Below, one piece after another: positions 32,279 through 42,472 of a stretch of DNA of 64,000 nt. A program made the translations under genes and the position numbers. Origin of the DNA: Nitrospirota bacterium. Lineage in GTDB: Bacteria; Nitrospirota; UBA9217. Where the stretch lies: contig CAWCKW010000012.1 in the NCBI GenBank assembly GCA_963796285.1, forward strand, positions 1,536,001 through 1,600,000. Reading direction: 5' to 3'. The notes beneath the pieces were generated by a model that was not told the DNA's origin, ran no database searches, and saw only the letters and a program-made list of their open reading frames with translations. Each line of letters begins with the position of its first letter. Position 1 is the stretch's first letter.

Positions 32279-33346
32279 ATGATCAAAGCAAGAGACCACT
32301 TCACAAAGTTGATTCTGAGGTTCTTTGCAACGCTTTTCGCTTTCAGTCTCGTCGTTTTATATGCCGGCTTGGTCAACGCGGCGAGCTCTGACGAAGAGCT
32401 CATGAGCAAGGCCAAAAAGATCTTCGGACCACTCCCTGCATCAATGCCTTCAGCTGAAAACCCCATTACCCCTGCAAAAGTGAAGTTGGGGCATATCCTG
32501 TTCTGGGAGCCCCGGATATCCAGCGATGGGACCGTGAGCTGCGTTAAATGCCATCCCATGAGCCTGTATGCCGCGGACGGGCTCAGGAAGGCCCTGGGGA
32601 ACCATTGCAAAGAGAACCCGAGAAATGCTCCATGCATATTCAACGCAGCCTCCGAGATCGCCGCACACTGGATCGGTAATCGGATAAATGTGGAAGACCA
32701 GGCAAAGCAGGCACTGATCGGTCCACCTGCCTACGGCATGCCGTCGTACGAGTCCGTGGAAAAGATACTCAAAGGGATCAAGGGTTATGTGGTCTTGTTT
32801 CAAGAGGCATTCCCCAAGGAAAAGGACCCCGTGACCGCGGATAATTTTGCTAAGGCAGTCGGTGCCTTCGAGCGGACGCTCGTGACCCCGGCCCCCTTCG
32901 ATGATTTCATGAACGGGAATGCCAAGGCGCTGACCGAACAGCAAAAACGGGGTTTAAAAACGTTCATGGACACCGCCTGCAGTTCGTGCCATCAGAGCCC
33001 CTATCTGGGTGGACAATTGTATCAGAAGTTCGGCGTGTTCCATCCCTACGAGCAATACACAAAAAGTGCGCAGGTCGATGAAGGACATGCCGCAGTCACA
33101 AAAAACCCGGCTGATAAGTTTTTCTTCAAAGTTCCCGTACTCAGGAACGTGGCGGAGACTCCGCCCTATTTTCACGACGGATCCGTTGACAAGCTTGAAG
33201 ATGCCGTCGTGATAATGGCCAAAGTGCAGCTTGCGAAAGACCTGACAAAAGACCAGGTCGCGGACATCACGGCGTTTCTCAAGTCATTGACCGGAAAGAT
33301 CCCGGAAATGGCCCTCACCGTGCCGGTCCTGCCGTCAGCACAATAA
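32279..33346 (+). CDS. Di-heme cytochrome c peroxidase
   Basis: Signal peptide, CVKCH and CSSCH, RNAP, FKVP.LRNVAETPPYFHDG. Confidence 0.92.
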   Translation: MIKARDHFTKLILRFFATLFAFSLVVLYAGLVNAASSDEELMSKAKKIFGPLPASMPSAENPITPAKVKLGHILFWEPRISSDGTVSCVKCHPMSLYAADGLRKALGNHCKENPRNAPCIFNAASEIAAHWIGNRINVEDQAKQALIGPPAYGMPSYESVEKILKGIKGYVVLFQEAFPKEKDPVTADNFAKAVGAFERTLVTPAPFDDFMNGNAKALTEQQKRGLKTFMDTACSSCHQSPYLGGQLYQKFGVFHPYEQYTKSAQVDEGHAAVTKNPADKFFFKVPVLRNVAETPPYFHDGSVDKLEDAVVIMAKVQLAKDLTKDQVADITAFLKSLTGKIPEMALTVPVLPSAQ

Positions 33347-33359
33347 GCCGATTTTTGCA

Positions 33360-33390
33360 CCCCGTTAGAGTTCATACAGCTCTAACGGGG
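33360..33390 (+). terminator. Hairpin terminator after peroxidase
   Basis: CCCCGTTAGAG-9 nt-CTCTAACGGGG. Confidence 0.6.
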
Positions 33391-33535
33391 CCATTCTCTT
33401 TTCGTCCTGCGCTTACGATTCTCCGTACCTGTATTTGCGAGATTCAGGATCTCAATATATAAAGGGTCTTAGGGTCACCAATGTGGCCGAGGAAGCATTC
33501 TCTGGACCGATGCTCCTGGATGTCCTTGTAACTAA

Positions 33536-33565
33536 AAAGCCTGCCAGTGAATACTGGCAGGCTTT
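33536..33565. terminator. Bidirectional terminator
   Basis: AAAGCCTGCCAGT-GAAT-ACTGGCAGGCTTT. Confidence 0.75.
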
Positions 33566-33610
33566 AATTTATTCCTCATTTGTCATGACGTATGTTATCG
33601 GGTCAGCTTA

Positions 33611-34198
33611 TTACTGTTGAGGAGGCGGGGCAGGAACGGAAGCAGGAACCAGATTCTTGACAGGTTTGAGACTTTTCAGATAAACGAAGATCGCCTTCAG
33701 GTCCGCGTCCGTAAGTTTGGCAATCTCATACCAGGGCATGGGAGGCAAAATGTCACGTCCTGCTCCCATGAACTTGCCGGTGCGCAGTGTCGTGATGAAC
33801 AACTCTTCGTTCCATGCCCCTGTCCCTGTTTCCGGATCAGGTGAAAGATTGGGAGCATAGCTCGTGCCCCAGGGACCGACCCATGCTGTTAAATTGTTGT
33901 TGGTAATGGCGCCCCATTTGTCCGGGCCGAATATATTTGGCGGTATCGCGGGCAGTTTTTCATTGGCTGGATGTCCAGAAAGAAGCCTCACCTCGTCCAG
34001 CGCGGGACCGTTCGGGGTCATTTTCTTAGGGGTGTGACAGTCGTTGCATCCCCCAAAAGTCACAAGATAGAGACCTCTCTCGATCAGGGCCTCTTTGCCG
34101 CCGGTTGCTTTATGTTGTGCGGCGAACGATACTGCTGGTGCCAGGAAAAGGCTGAATAACCCGATAAGTACACATCCTGCAACGGTTGTCTTTCTCAT
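33611..34198 (-). CDS. Periplasmic monoheme cytochrome c
   Basis: Signal peptide, RG.YLV...GCNDCHTP, NLSPD.ETG.G.W, PPMPW. Confidence 0.88.
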   Translation of the reverse strand: MRKTTVAGCVLIGLFSLFLAPAVSFAAQHKATGGKEALIERGLYLVTFGGCNDCHTPKKMTPNGPALDEVRLLSGHPANEKLPAIPPNIFGPDKWGAITNNNLTAWVGPWGTSYAPNLSPDPETGTGAWNEELFITTLRTGKFMGAGRDILPPMPWYEIAKLTDADLKAIFVYLKSLKPVKNLVPASVPAPPPQQ

Positions 34199-34605
34199 GG
34201 TATGCGTCCTCCTTGATATGAATGAGAGACTGTTTGCCTGCCGATCAACATTTGCTAGAAGATAACACAAGGTCAAGCGACAATCAATGGGACAAAGGTA
34301 TGACATTCATTTGATGACTGGAAGGGTAACGTGCCCCGGGACCCTACATAAGACGCTTACTGGCCGGTCCTGCGACCAATTCGACGCGTCGCACCTTAAC
34401 GCCTGCATCAAGAATCGTGCATCCCGGTGATGCTCGGGAGAATATAATGAGAGGTTTTCCCGTCTCGCCGAAAAATCTCCAGGCATATTCTCCATATCGT
34501 ATGCTATAATTGAACTATTCGATCGAGTATTTCTGGAAGAACCTCGACATCTATCATCAGGAAACCAAGACAACGCGAAAAAAATAAACGGAGGATGACA
34601 ATACG

Positions 34606-34764
34606 ATGATGAATACAATTAGACTTATGATAATCGGGCTCCTGTTGGTCGTGCTCAGCGGTTGTTTTCCCGTTTTCGTACCTGAAGGCGGCCACCGTGA
34701 AGGACATGAAGAACACGGCGGCGGTGGTCATAGAGACGGCGGAGAGCATGAAGATCGCCGTTAG
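34606..34764 (+). CDS. 52-aa His/Gly-rich lipoprotein (absent from ORF track)
   Basis: MMNTIRLMIIGLLLVVLSGC-FPVFVPEGGHREGHEEHGGGGHRDGGEHEDRR; GGAGG upstream; lipobox LSGC. Confidence 0.75.
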   Translation: MMNTIRLMIIGLLLVVLSGCFPVFVPEGGHREGHEEHGGGGHRDGGEHEDRR

Positions 34765-34901
34765 CATACTGCCGGGTTCGATCAAGTTCTATTCAAGTCC
34801 CATTGGCCCATTATCCAGATGAGGGTCAGAAGTGAAGCAATAGAGACATCACACCACCGCCTTCCCAACATATCTTCAGGCGGATGTAACGCGATTCCGG
34901 A

Positions 34902-35093
34902 TCAGCCTTTTTTCGCCTTTTTCCAGAACGCCAGGTCGCTCACCATGAGTTTGAAAAGCTGGCCAGGCGACATTTTCGAGGCTTCTTTGCACCTGCAGGC
35001 GTCGTCCTTGTCTGCCCCTGCCTGTGACTCTGCGGCATTTTCCTCTTTCGCTGGCCTGCTTGGATCAACGGTTTTAGGGTAACGGGCGATCAT
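34902..35093 (-). CDS. Small hypothetical protein
   Basis: 63 aa, CRC motif, amphipathic C-terminus; G-rich RBS. Confidence 0.55.
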   Translation of the reverse strand: MIARYPKTVDPSRPAKEENAAESQAGADKDDACRCKEASKMSPGQLFKLMVSDLAFWKKAKKG

Positions 35094-35141
35094 GCTTTTT
35101 CCCCCTGCTCCGATTTTAACTCAATGTGCCGGCCTGCGATG

Positions 35142-35282
35142 CTACGATGGTTTTTTCAGACTGCAAACCGACCCCTTGCAGCCGCACACGGGATACCAGT
35201 TCTTGAACCCATAGTGAAATGCAACAGCCGCATAGATATAGACCACTGCGGCGATGGCTACGATGATGAGAATGGTCGTCAT
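35142..35282 (-). CDS. 46-aa membrane peptide with Cys-rich tail (absent from ORF track)
   Basis: MTTILIIVAIAAVVYIYAAVAFHYGFKNWYPVCGCKGSVCSLKKPS; GGGAGG RBS. Confidence 0.65.
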   Translation of the reverse strand: MTTILIIVAIAAVVYIYAAVAFHYGFKNWYPVCGCKGSVCSLKKPS

Positions 35283-35382
35283 ATCCGTACCTCCCAGGAG
35301 CACCGCAGATCGGTCCTGCTGTAACGTGCTTGGCCCCTTCTACTACTATTATACCGCATGGTGCTAAAGATTCCCGGATACC

Positions 35383-37005
35383 TCAGAGTTTCTGGCTTTT
35401 GCTGAACAGCCCGGATGCCCCGCTGGGCGCAGGCGGCATGACTTCAACGATCTGCGGGGTATTGCTCCCGTCATAACAGCGCACCGTGAAGGTGTGCTTG
35501 CCCGGCTGGAACGGCCAGTCATAGCGCCAGATCACCCACGTCGTTTGCGAAAGTGGAGTTCTGATCGCCGCCTCCTGCCAGGGGCCGTCATCAACCCGCA
35601 CCTCGACCCTGGAGATCCCGCGGCTGCCCGCGTGGGCGATCCCGCCGATGGGCACCAGTTTTTGCTTGTCCGCGCTGATGATGGTCATATCAACGGCGAT
35701 GGTGTCGATCACCGACGTTGCCTTCATCTTTGCGACCTTGTCCCAGCCCCGGACCACCCAGTAGCCCGGCTCCCAATGGTCCATGACCTCGATGGACTCG
35801 ATCCATTTGGGCTGCTTCATCCCGTGGAGGTCCGGGATGTAGATGCGCAGCGGAAAGCCGTGGTCGTCATGCAGCTGCACTCCGTCCCAGGCATAGGCCA
35901 GCATCACCCGTTCGTCGGCCATGACCATGTCCAGGGCCAAGGTTTCCCAGAAACCGTCAGCAGAGGTGATCTTCAAATGCGTCGCGCCCGGCTTCAGGCC
36001 GAGGTCGCGCAGAAAGCCCTTCAGGCTGACGCCGGTCCAGCGGGTCGTGCCGATAAGATCGCCGCCCACGGGGTTTGAGATGCAGGACAACGTGACGAAC
36101 TGGTGCATGGGTTCATAGCGCCGGATATCGTCCAGCGTGAAGGACAGCGGCTTTTCGACCATTCCCGAGATCTTGAGCCGCCACATCATAGCGTCGACCT
36201 TCGGCGGGGTCGTGTTGATGTCTATGCGGTAGTGCCGCTCCAGGGGAGTGTATTCGGGCCGCGTGCCGGGCGCGGGCTTGACAGCCGCGCCAACGTTCGG
36301 CAGGCCGTGCGAAGCGGACCAGGGCATCAGGCCCTCCATTTTCATCCGGCTGTGGCGCTCCGACAAGAGACCCACCATCGCCCCGGAAACCGTGATGGTC
36401 GCCGTGTACCCCGCTAGCCGGACCAGGAATTGACGCCGGTTGACCCGCTGGGCAAAAGGTTCGAGGTCCGAACCCGGTCCCGCGGAAGCGCTGACAGCAG
36501 CCAGCCGCAGATAGGCCCAGCCGAACGCCATCCCCCATAAGGTAAAGACGAACAGGATCCAGAGTGCGCTGATCATCGGCGGCGCAACGGCCGTCTTGTT
36601 CAGAAAGGAACTGATGAGCACTGCGGGAAAGGCCGCGATCACTCCCAGGAAAAAACCGGACACATAGGCGTATCGGCCGCGCAGAGCGCGCAAAACGCCG
36701 AAAAGAACCCCGCCGGCGACAATTCCGGTGATGAACAGATTGACGATGCCGATCGCCTGTTCCATGAGTTTGGCCACGACCGAGGTGGGGCCCAGGTGCA
36801 GTCCGCGGATGGCCGCCACCATTGCGCTGATGACGAATTCGATGACTGCTCCGGGCAGCACGCGGGTCATCCAGTCGAACACATCAAAAGGGACGAAGGG
36901 CAGGTCCGCCAGCCGCCATCCCGCGTAAAAGACGGCGATCATTGCTGCGGTCAGCAACGCCCCGACTGCCGATCCGATAAGAACTCCCGTATTCTGGGCC
37001 TTCAT
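35383..37005 (-). CDS. Sulfite-oxidase-family molybdopterin oxidoreductase with N-terminal membrane domain
   Basis: TLSCISN (Mo-ligand Cys), WTGV.L, HGFPLR, KQPKW, Ig-like dimerisation domain; RRQFL after several TM helices. Confidence 0.88.
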   Translation of the reverse strand: MKAQNTGVLIGSAVGALLTAAMIAVFYAGWRLADLPFVPFDVFDWMTRVLPGAVIEFVISAMVAAIRGLHLGPTSVVAKLMEQAIGIVNLFITGIVAGGVLFGVLRALRGRYAYVSGFFLGVIAAFPAVLISSFLNKTAVAPPMISALWILFVFTLWGMAFGWAYLRLAAVSASAGPGSDLEPFAQRVNRRQFLVRLAGYTATITVSGAMVGLLSERHSRMKMEGLMPWSASHGLPNVGAAVKPAPGTRPEYTPLERHYRIDINTTPPKVDAMMWRLKISGMVEKPLSFTLDDIRRYEPMHQFVTLSCISNPVGGDLIGTTRWTGVSLKGFLRDLGLKPGATHLKITSADGFWETLALDMVMADERVMLAYAWDGVQLHDDHGFPLRIYIPDLHGMKQPKWIESIEVMDHWEPGYWVVRGWDKVAKMKATSVIDTIAVDMTIISADKQKLVPIGGIAHAGSRGISRVEVRVDDGPWQEAAIRTPLSQTTWVIWRYDWPFQPGKHTFTVRCYDGSNTPQIVEVMPPAPSGASGLFSKSQKL

Positions 37006-37364
37006 GTTCTGCTCCTCTCTTGCCCGCTGCATAACGTAGTTGTGGTCCGCGTTCTGTCCGGGCCTCTCACTATTTCAGCACTGCTGGTCGTAAACTCTAG
37101 AGAACAGGTGAGGTCATATATTTAAGCTCGAAAGGGCGCTGGATGAACTTGAGAAATAGTCGTCGTAAAAGAATGGGATTGAAGCAACGGTAACAAAAGG
37201 GACGGGAAATGTCAAGCCGCAAGACTTACACTAAAGATTCCGGCAGTTGATTTAAGGAGAAAGATTTGACCTGATCGTTATGCGGAGGGGGCGAGCCGTG
37301 AAGGAACAATAGCAGAATAAAAATAATGGCAGCAACGTAGTCCTGGCCATAACAGATCCGTTTC

Positions 37365-37727
37365 CTAATGTTCAATAAGCCACTTCTTCGCTTGTTCTAC
37401 ATTGTCGAATGCCGAAAGCTTTCTTCCTGAGAAGGCGACAACCGCCTGAAAAATGATCCGCTTGAGACCTGTCACGCCGACCACTGCCCCTGCCCGGACG
37501 TAGGGACGGTTGTGAGCGGTGAAGGCCTTCATCTCCTGGGTAACAGCGTCATTGAACCGGGCGTCGGTCACATCGGTCAGGGTAAGCAGGGATTTCTCAG
37601 GATAAGAGGCGATCACCTTTTTCGCCTCGGTGATGGTGCTCAGGATCTCCTCTGCTTTGCAGTTGGAGAAGTCCAGGTGCAGGATATTCTTACCTTCATA
37701 CTGAATAAGCCTGATCTTTTCTTCCAT
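37365..37727 (-). CDS. Hypothetical protein (STAS/SEC14-like)
   Basis: GGGAGG RBS; ..AVVGVTGLK...F...EQAKKWL pattern. Confidence 0.7.
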   Translation of the reverse strand: MEEKIRLIQYEGKNILHLDFSNCKAEEILSTITEAKKVIASYPEKSLLTLTDVTDARFNDAVTQEMKAFTAHNRPYVRAGAVVGVTGLKRIIFQAVVAFSGRKLSAFDNVEQAKKWLIEH

Positions 37728-37929
37728 GGTGTCCCTCCCTGTGCATGCCATCTCATTACTGCCCCGTCAGTATAGATGTTATGTCGGACCGTATCAATCC
37801 CCAGCCCGGGGTATTTTAAGGGTATGAAAGCAGAATGGATGTGATTCGCCCCGGGGTAAGCTCAACGTCCTTAAATGTAATGATCCTAAAGGTTCCCCCG
37901 CGCCTCGGTTGTTTTCATGAAAGCGTTCA

Positions 37930-38400
37930 TCAGATGATGTCCGTTCGCTCGCTCAATTCTTCGGGGGTTATTTTAAAATCAAGGATCTGCCACTGGCCCC
38001 CGTGTTTGATAAGAGACATCTGCATCGTCGCTGCGCCCGTTTCAAAATCCGCGTTCGCGGTGTAATCAGCGGTAATTTCATAGCCGTATTGGAGGGAAAG
38101 CGTTATGTGCGCATCACCGGTCGAACCTTTATACATAACCAGATTTCCCAGTTGCCGAAGCACGCCGAAATCCTGTTCCAGGCCGTCATAATCCACATCT
38201 TCATTAAACTCCGGGCTCGCGCGTTTCTCAATTTCATGGACGTCCCACGTCGAAATAATTGCGGGGATAGCGGCGTCAACAAACGCCTTGCTCTCCTTGT
38301 CCAGCCGGTTTCCTATAACGGTCAACGATCCAAAACCCGCGAGAAGGCCGACAATGAGCGCCAGAAAGATATACCCCAAAATCATGACTACTTTTTTCAC
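37930..38400 (-). CDS. Membrane-anchored hypothetical protein
   Basis: GGGAGG RBS before GTG, N-terminal TM, C-terminal WQILDF. Confidence 0.65.
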   Translation of the reverse strand: MKKVVMILGYIFLALIVGLLAGFGSLTVIGNRLDKESKAFVDAAIPAIISTWDVHEIEKRASPEFNEDVDYDGLEQDFGVLRQLGNLVMYKGSTGDAHITLSLQYGYEITADYTANADFETGAATMQMSLIKHGGQWQILDFKITPEELSERTDII

Positions 38401-38449
38401 CGCTGTTAAGCCTCCCGCGCGTTGAATCACCGGCATCACTTCCGAGCAC

Positions 38450-38660
38450 TAACCCGGATAAGCCGGAACCAAAAGGCAAAATCTAAAAGGCATCTCTCGC
38501 AAAGCCGCAAAGGACGCCAAGAAATTCTTTAAGTCCTGGTCTTTTAAAATAAATATTTGGCCTTTCTTTGCGAGCTTAGTTTATGCCCGCGTCATGGCTT
38601 GTCCCCGCGCTATCGCAAGAGCAGGGGGCAACAGCAGGGTACGACTTTGCGCGAAATATT
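38450..38660. repeat. TCTCGCAAAG-family element (copy 2) with nested 62-bp insert at 38580-38641
   Basis: TAACCCGGATAAGCCGGAAC lead-in as at 16638; right arm split by the insert. Confidence 0.8.
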
Positions 38661-38717
38661 CTTGCCGTTTTTAGTAGAATTTTATTCCTTGGTTACTAAT
38701 TACCATCATATCATACA

Positions 38718-39095
38718 TTATCCGGACTGCGCTGTGCTCCGTTTGTCCAGCCAATAGCTTGTTCCTGTCAGCATGACGCCGACACCGACAACCACCAATA
38801 AGGTTATGAACAGAGGATCGCCGGAATAAAGATAGAGCCCCAGCAAGATCGGCAGCATCCCGCTCCGCACGATGAGCGCCGTGATATAGAGCGCTTCAAC
38901 CCGGTGGCGCACGATCTGCAAGACGATGACCCCAAGCGCCAGCATCAGCATGCCCACGAAGCGGGGCAGTACGTCGCCGTAATCGGTGTTGGAAAAGAAG
39001 AGCTTCAGCGTCAATCGCGGGAAGGTGAGGAGCGCGATCCCGCCGGACATCAAGTAGCCGATCAGGTAGTACAAACTCAGATGAGTTCGCTTCAT
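38718..39095 (-). CDS. Four-TM membrane protein
   Basis: Hydrophobic 125-aa ORF, AAGGAG RBS. Confidence 0.75.
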   Translation of the reverse strand: MKRTHLSLYYLIGYLMSGGIALLTFPRLTLKLFFSNTDYGDVLPRFVGMLMLALGVIVLQIVRHRVEALYITALIVRSGMLPILLGLYLYSGDPLFITLLVVVGVGVMLTGTSYWLDKRSTAQSG

Positions 39096-39326
39096 ATCAG
39101 GCTCCTTTGAGTTGAGACGACTCTTCAGCTTTAAATCTAAAAGCTCCCTGATAACGAATGCCCATTCACCCTCCCGGAAAGGCCTTTCCCCAATCTACGC
39201 TTTCCAGAAGATTACAATAGCACACAAAAGGGTCATATACAATAGGGTCCAGACAATAGGATCACGTCGCGTACCAAGATCAAGACGCCTAAAATCGGCG
39301 CATGCCGGTCAGGAGGACGTCAAAAC

Positions 39327-40698
39327 TCAGAAGATCTTTCGCAGCCATTTGAGATGGTTCTTGTAAGGCGGATACCGCAAAGGGATGTCGAACATAAATC
39401 CGCTTCTGATGATATTTCTCTCATGCGAGAAGGCGTCGAAGCTTGCTTTGCCGTGGTACTTTCCGATCCCGCTCGTCCCTGCGCCGCCGAAAGGAAGGCA
39501 GGTGGTCTCATGGATGACCGTATCGTTGATGCACCCGCCCCCTGCCGCTGTTTCCCTCAGCACCCGCTCCTGAAGGCCTTTGTTCCGGGAGAAGAAATAC
39601 AGTGCCAGCGGCTTCGGCAGGTTGTTCACGAAAGCGATGGCCTGAGACAGGTCGTCATACTCGATCACCGGCAGGAGAGGTCCGAAAATTTCCTCTTGCA
39701 TGATCGGCTCGTGCCCCAGGATCCCGTCGATGATCGTGGGTGCGATGTATCGCGAGGCGCGGTCGGTCCCGCCGCCGGTGACGATCCTCCCCTTCCCGAG
39801 CAGTCCCGCAAGCCGTGTGAAATGCCCATCATCGATGATCCGGCCGAGGTCCGGGCTCTGCGAGGGATCGCTGCCGTAGAATTGATGAATAGTGTTCACC
39901 ATCCGGTCGAGCAGCGCCTGTCTGACGCGTTTCTGCACCAGAAGATAATCCACCGCCACGCAGCTCTGGCCCGCGTTGAAGTACTTTCCCCACACGATCC
40001 GCCGCGCGGTGTAGTCCAGGTGCGTGTCCGCGTCAACGATACAGGGGTTCTTTCCGCCAAGCTCGAGCGTTACCGGCGTAAGGTGTTTTGCGGCAGCGGC
40101 CATCACCAGGCGTCCGGCAGCCGGGCCGCCGGTGAAAAAAATATGGTCAAACCGTTCTGCGATCAGCGTCTGGGAGGTTTCCGCGCCCCCTTCCACGATG
40201 GCTATATACGCCGGGTTGAAAATTTTTCCGATGATGTCCGTCAGAAGATGAGAGGTCCGGGGAGCCGCGATCGAGGGCTTGAGCAAGGCGCAGTCGCCGG
40301 CAGCGATGGCGCCGACAAGCGGCGCGAGCAACAACTGGACGGGAAAGTTCCACGGCCCGATGATGAGCGTCACTCCGTATGGTTCGGCGAACGAGTAGCT
40401 CTTGCTCGGAAAATACGCGAACGGCGTCCGGACTTTTTTCGGTTTTACCCAGCGCGCGAGATGCTTCAACGTGTAATCGATCTCGTTGATGACGATTGCC
40501 GTATCGCCGCCGTAAGCTTCGAAGGCCGGCCTGTTCAGGTCGGCCTTGAGTGCGTCGAAGATCGCCTGTTCGTTTTCAACGATCGCTTTTCGCAAGGATC
40601 CGCAGCTTGTCGATGCGAAAAGACAGGTCCCTCGTCTTTCCCTCAGCGAAGTACGTTTGAAGGTTGCTTATCAGTCTGATGAGTTGTGGTCTGTCCAT
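39327..40698 (-). CDS. Aldehyde dehydrogenase (class 3-like; frameshift near 40595)
   Basis: PWNFP, LELGGKNP, NAGQSCVA, EEIFGP; 5' extension MDRPQL...GKTRDLSFRIDKL in another frame. Confidence 0.9.
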
Positions 40699-40724
40699 GA
40701 TCAGGCACCTTTAATTCATCTCAT

Positions 40725-42341
40725 TCAACTCAACTTCTTCTCCGGGATCTTGCTCATGGCCCGCTCGGACAACGCCGTGATCGTCAGCGAGGGGTTCACG
40801 CCCGGATTGGCCGATATCATCGACCCGTCGCACACATACATGTTCTCATACCCGAATACTTTGTTGTCTTTGTCGATCACGCCCTCGTCCCCCGCCCTGC
40901 CCATGACCGCACCGCCAAGGATATGCGCGGTCGTGGGAATGCCGAAGAGCGTTTCCGTCAAGAGTACCACGGGTTTCCCGTTCACCAGCGCCGCGTATCT
41001 CCGGGCCAGATCGCCTGCTTCAGGGATACATGCCGTGGGCCGGTTCCCCTGTTCTGCCGCGGTCTTCATGCCGAATACGCCTTGCTCCAAACGCAGCGTG
41101 CTGTCGAGGGTCCGCATGAACATCAGGATCTGCGTCCTCTTTGCCCAATCGCGGACAAAATAGACCTTCAGGTTCCTGATCGGGTGAAGCACGAGGTCGA
41201 TCACGACGTTCAGCAGCCTGGCCAAAACACTGCGGCCATTGACAAGAGGCCCTCCCAGCAGCCTCCAGAATCCCGACCCCGAAGGATACCGGACCGGTTC
41301 AAGGTGGCTGTGTTCATCGGTATGGAGGATCGAACTGATGGCAATGCCGTCGGAAAAGGCCCTGTCCTTGTCGAACGTAGTCACGCCTATGAGGCTTTCG
41401 GAGTTGGTGCGTACATGCGACCCGACCCTGTCCGACAGGTTCGGGAGCGACTGTTTTTTCAGCTTGAGCAGGAGTTTCACGGTGCCGAGCACGCCGCCGC
41501 TGAAGACGATGCCGGAAGAGGTAATAGAGCCTCGCTTCCCGAACAACGACGTCGCAGAACGCCAGAAAACCCGGTATCCCCGGGAACCATCCTGTTGATC
41601 GAGCGGCTGTATGTCATAGACCAGTGCTTCCGGCCGGATCAACGCGCCCCCCTGTTCAGCAAGATAAAGATAGTTCTTGTCCAGGGTATTTTTCGCGTTA
41701 TAGCGGCATCCGACCATGCACCCGCCGCAGAAGTTGCAGCCGCTGCGGTCGGGCCCTTTCCCGTTAAAGTACGGGTCCGGTACCGTCTTCTCCGGTTCAC
41801 CGAAGAACACTGCCACCCTCGTCGGTTCAAAGGCGGATTCCTTGCCTAGCTGCTTCGCCAGCGTCTGGAGCGCAATGTCGCCGTTCTCGAGACGGGGACA
41901 GGTTACCGTGCCGAGCATCTTCGACGCCAGGGGATAAAATTCCCGGAGCTCCTGCTGCCAGTCCGCGAGATGGGCCCAGCTTGACGCCTGAAAGAATTCC
42001 CCTTTCGGCACCGGCAGCGTGTTGGCATAGACAAGCGACCCGCCTCCCACGCCGACGCCGGACAGGATCGCGACATGACGGAACCAGGTAATTTTAAAAA
42101 ACCCGAAGAACCTGAACACAGGCAGCCAGAGCCATTTTTTCAGGTTCCAGTTCGTACGGGGAAAATCGTCGGCCCCCAGCCGCTTCCCCTTTTCGAGCAC
42201 CAGGACCCTGTAGCCCTTCTCCGTCAACCGGAGAGCAGACACGGACCCGCCGAATCCCGATCCGATAATAATGTAATCGTAATTGAAGTTGCCGGCTTTT
42301 TGTTCGTGTCCTTTCACGATCCATCCCTGCCTGAATGACAA
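40725..42341 (-). CDS. GMC oxidoreductase, cholesterol-oxidase (ChoD)-like
   Basis: IIGSGFGGSVSALRLTEKGY, GVGGGSLVYAN, CGGCMVGC, TAHILGG, NPGVNPSLTI; start uncertain. Confidence 0.9.
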   Translation of the reverse strand: MSFRQGWIVKGHEQKAGNFNYDYIIIGSGFGGSVSALRLTEKGYRVLVLEKGKRLGADDFPRTNWNLKKWLWLPVFRFFGFFKITWFRHVAILSGVGVGGGSLVYANTLPVPKGEFFQASSWAHLADWQQELREFYPLASKMLGTVTCPRLENGDIALQTLAKQLGKESAFEPTRVAVFFGEPEKTVPDPYFNGKGPDRSGCNFCGGCMVGCRYNAKNTLDKNYLYLAEQGGALIRPEALVYDIQPLDQQDGSRGYRVFWRSATSLFGKRGSITSSGIVFSGGVLGTVKLLLKLKKQSLPNLSDRVGSHVRTNSESLIGVTTFDKDRAFSDGIAISSILHTDEHSHLEPVRYPSGSGFWRLLGGPLVNGRSVLARLLNVVIDLVLHPIRNLKVYFVRDWAKRTQILMFMRTLDSTLRLEQGVFGMKTAAEQGNRPTACIPEAGDLARRYAALVNGKPVVLLTETLFGIPTTAHILGGAVMGRAGDEGVIDKDNKVFGYENMYVCDGSMISANPGVNPSLTITALSERAMSKIPEKKLS

Positions 42342-42472
42342 GAAACATTCGTACTTTTGTCGAGATGTTTCACACGTCCACCATCTCCCACCGGTTTTTC
42401 TCGATGCTCACGGATCGGATCATGCATCGAAATCCATCAGCATACGATCCGGCGTCACCGCTGTCGCTCACC

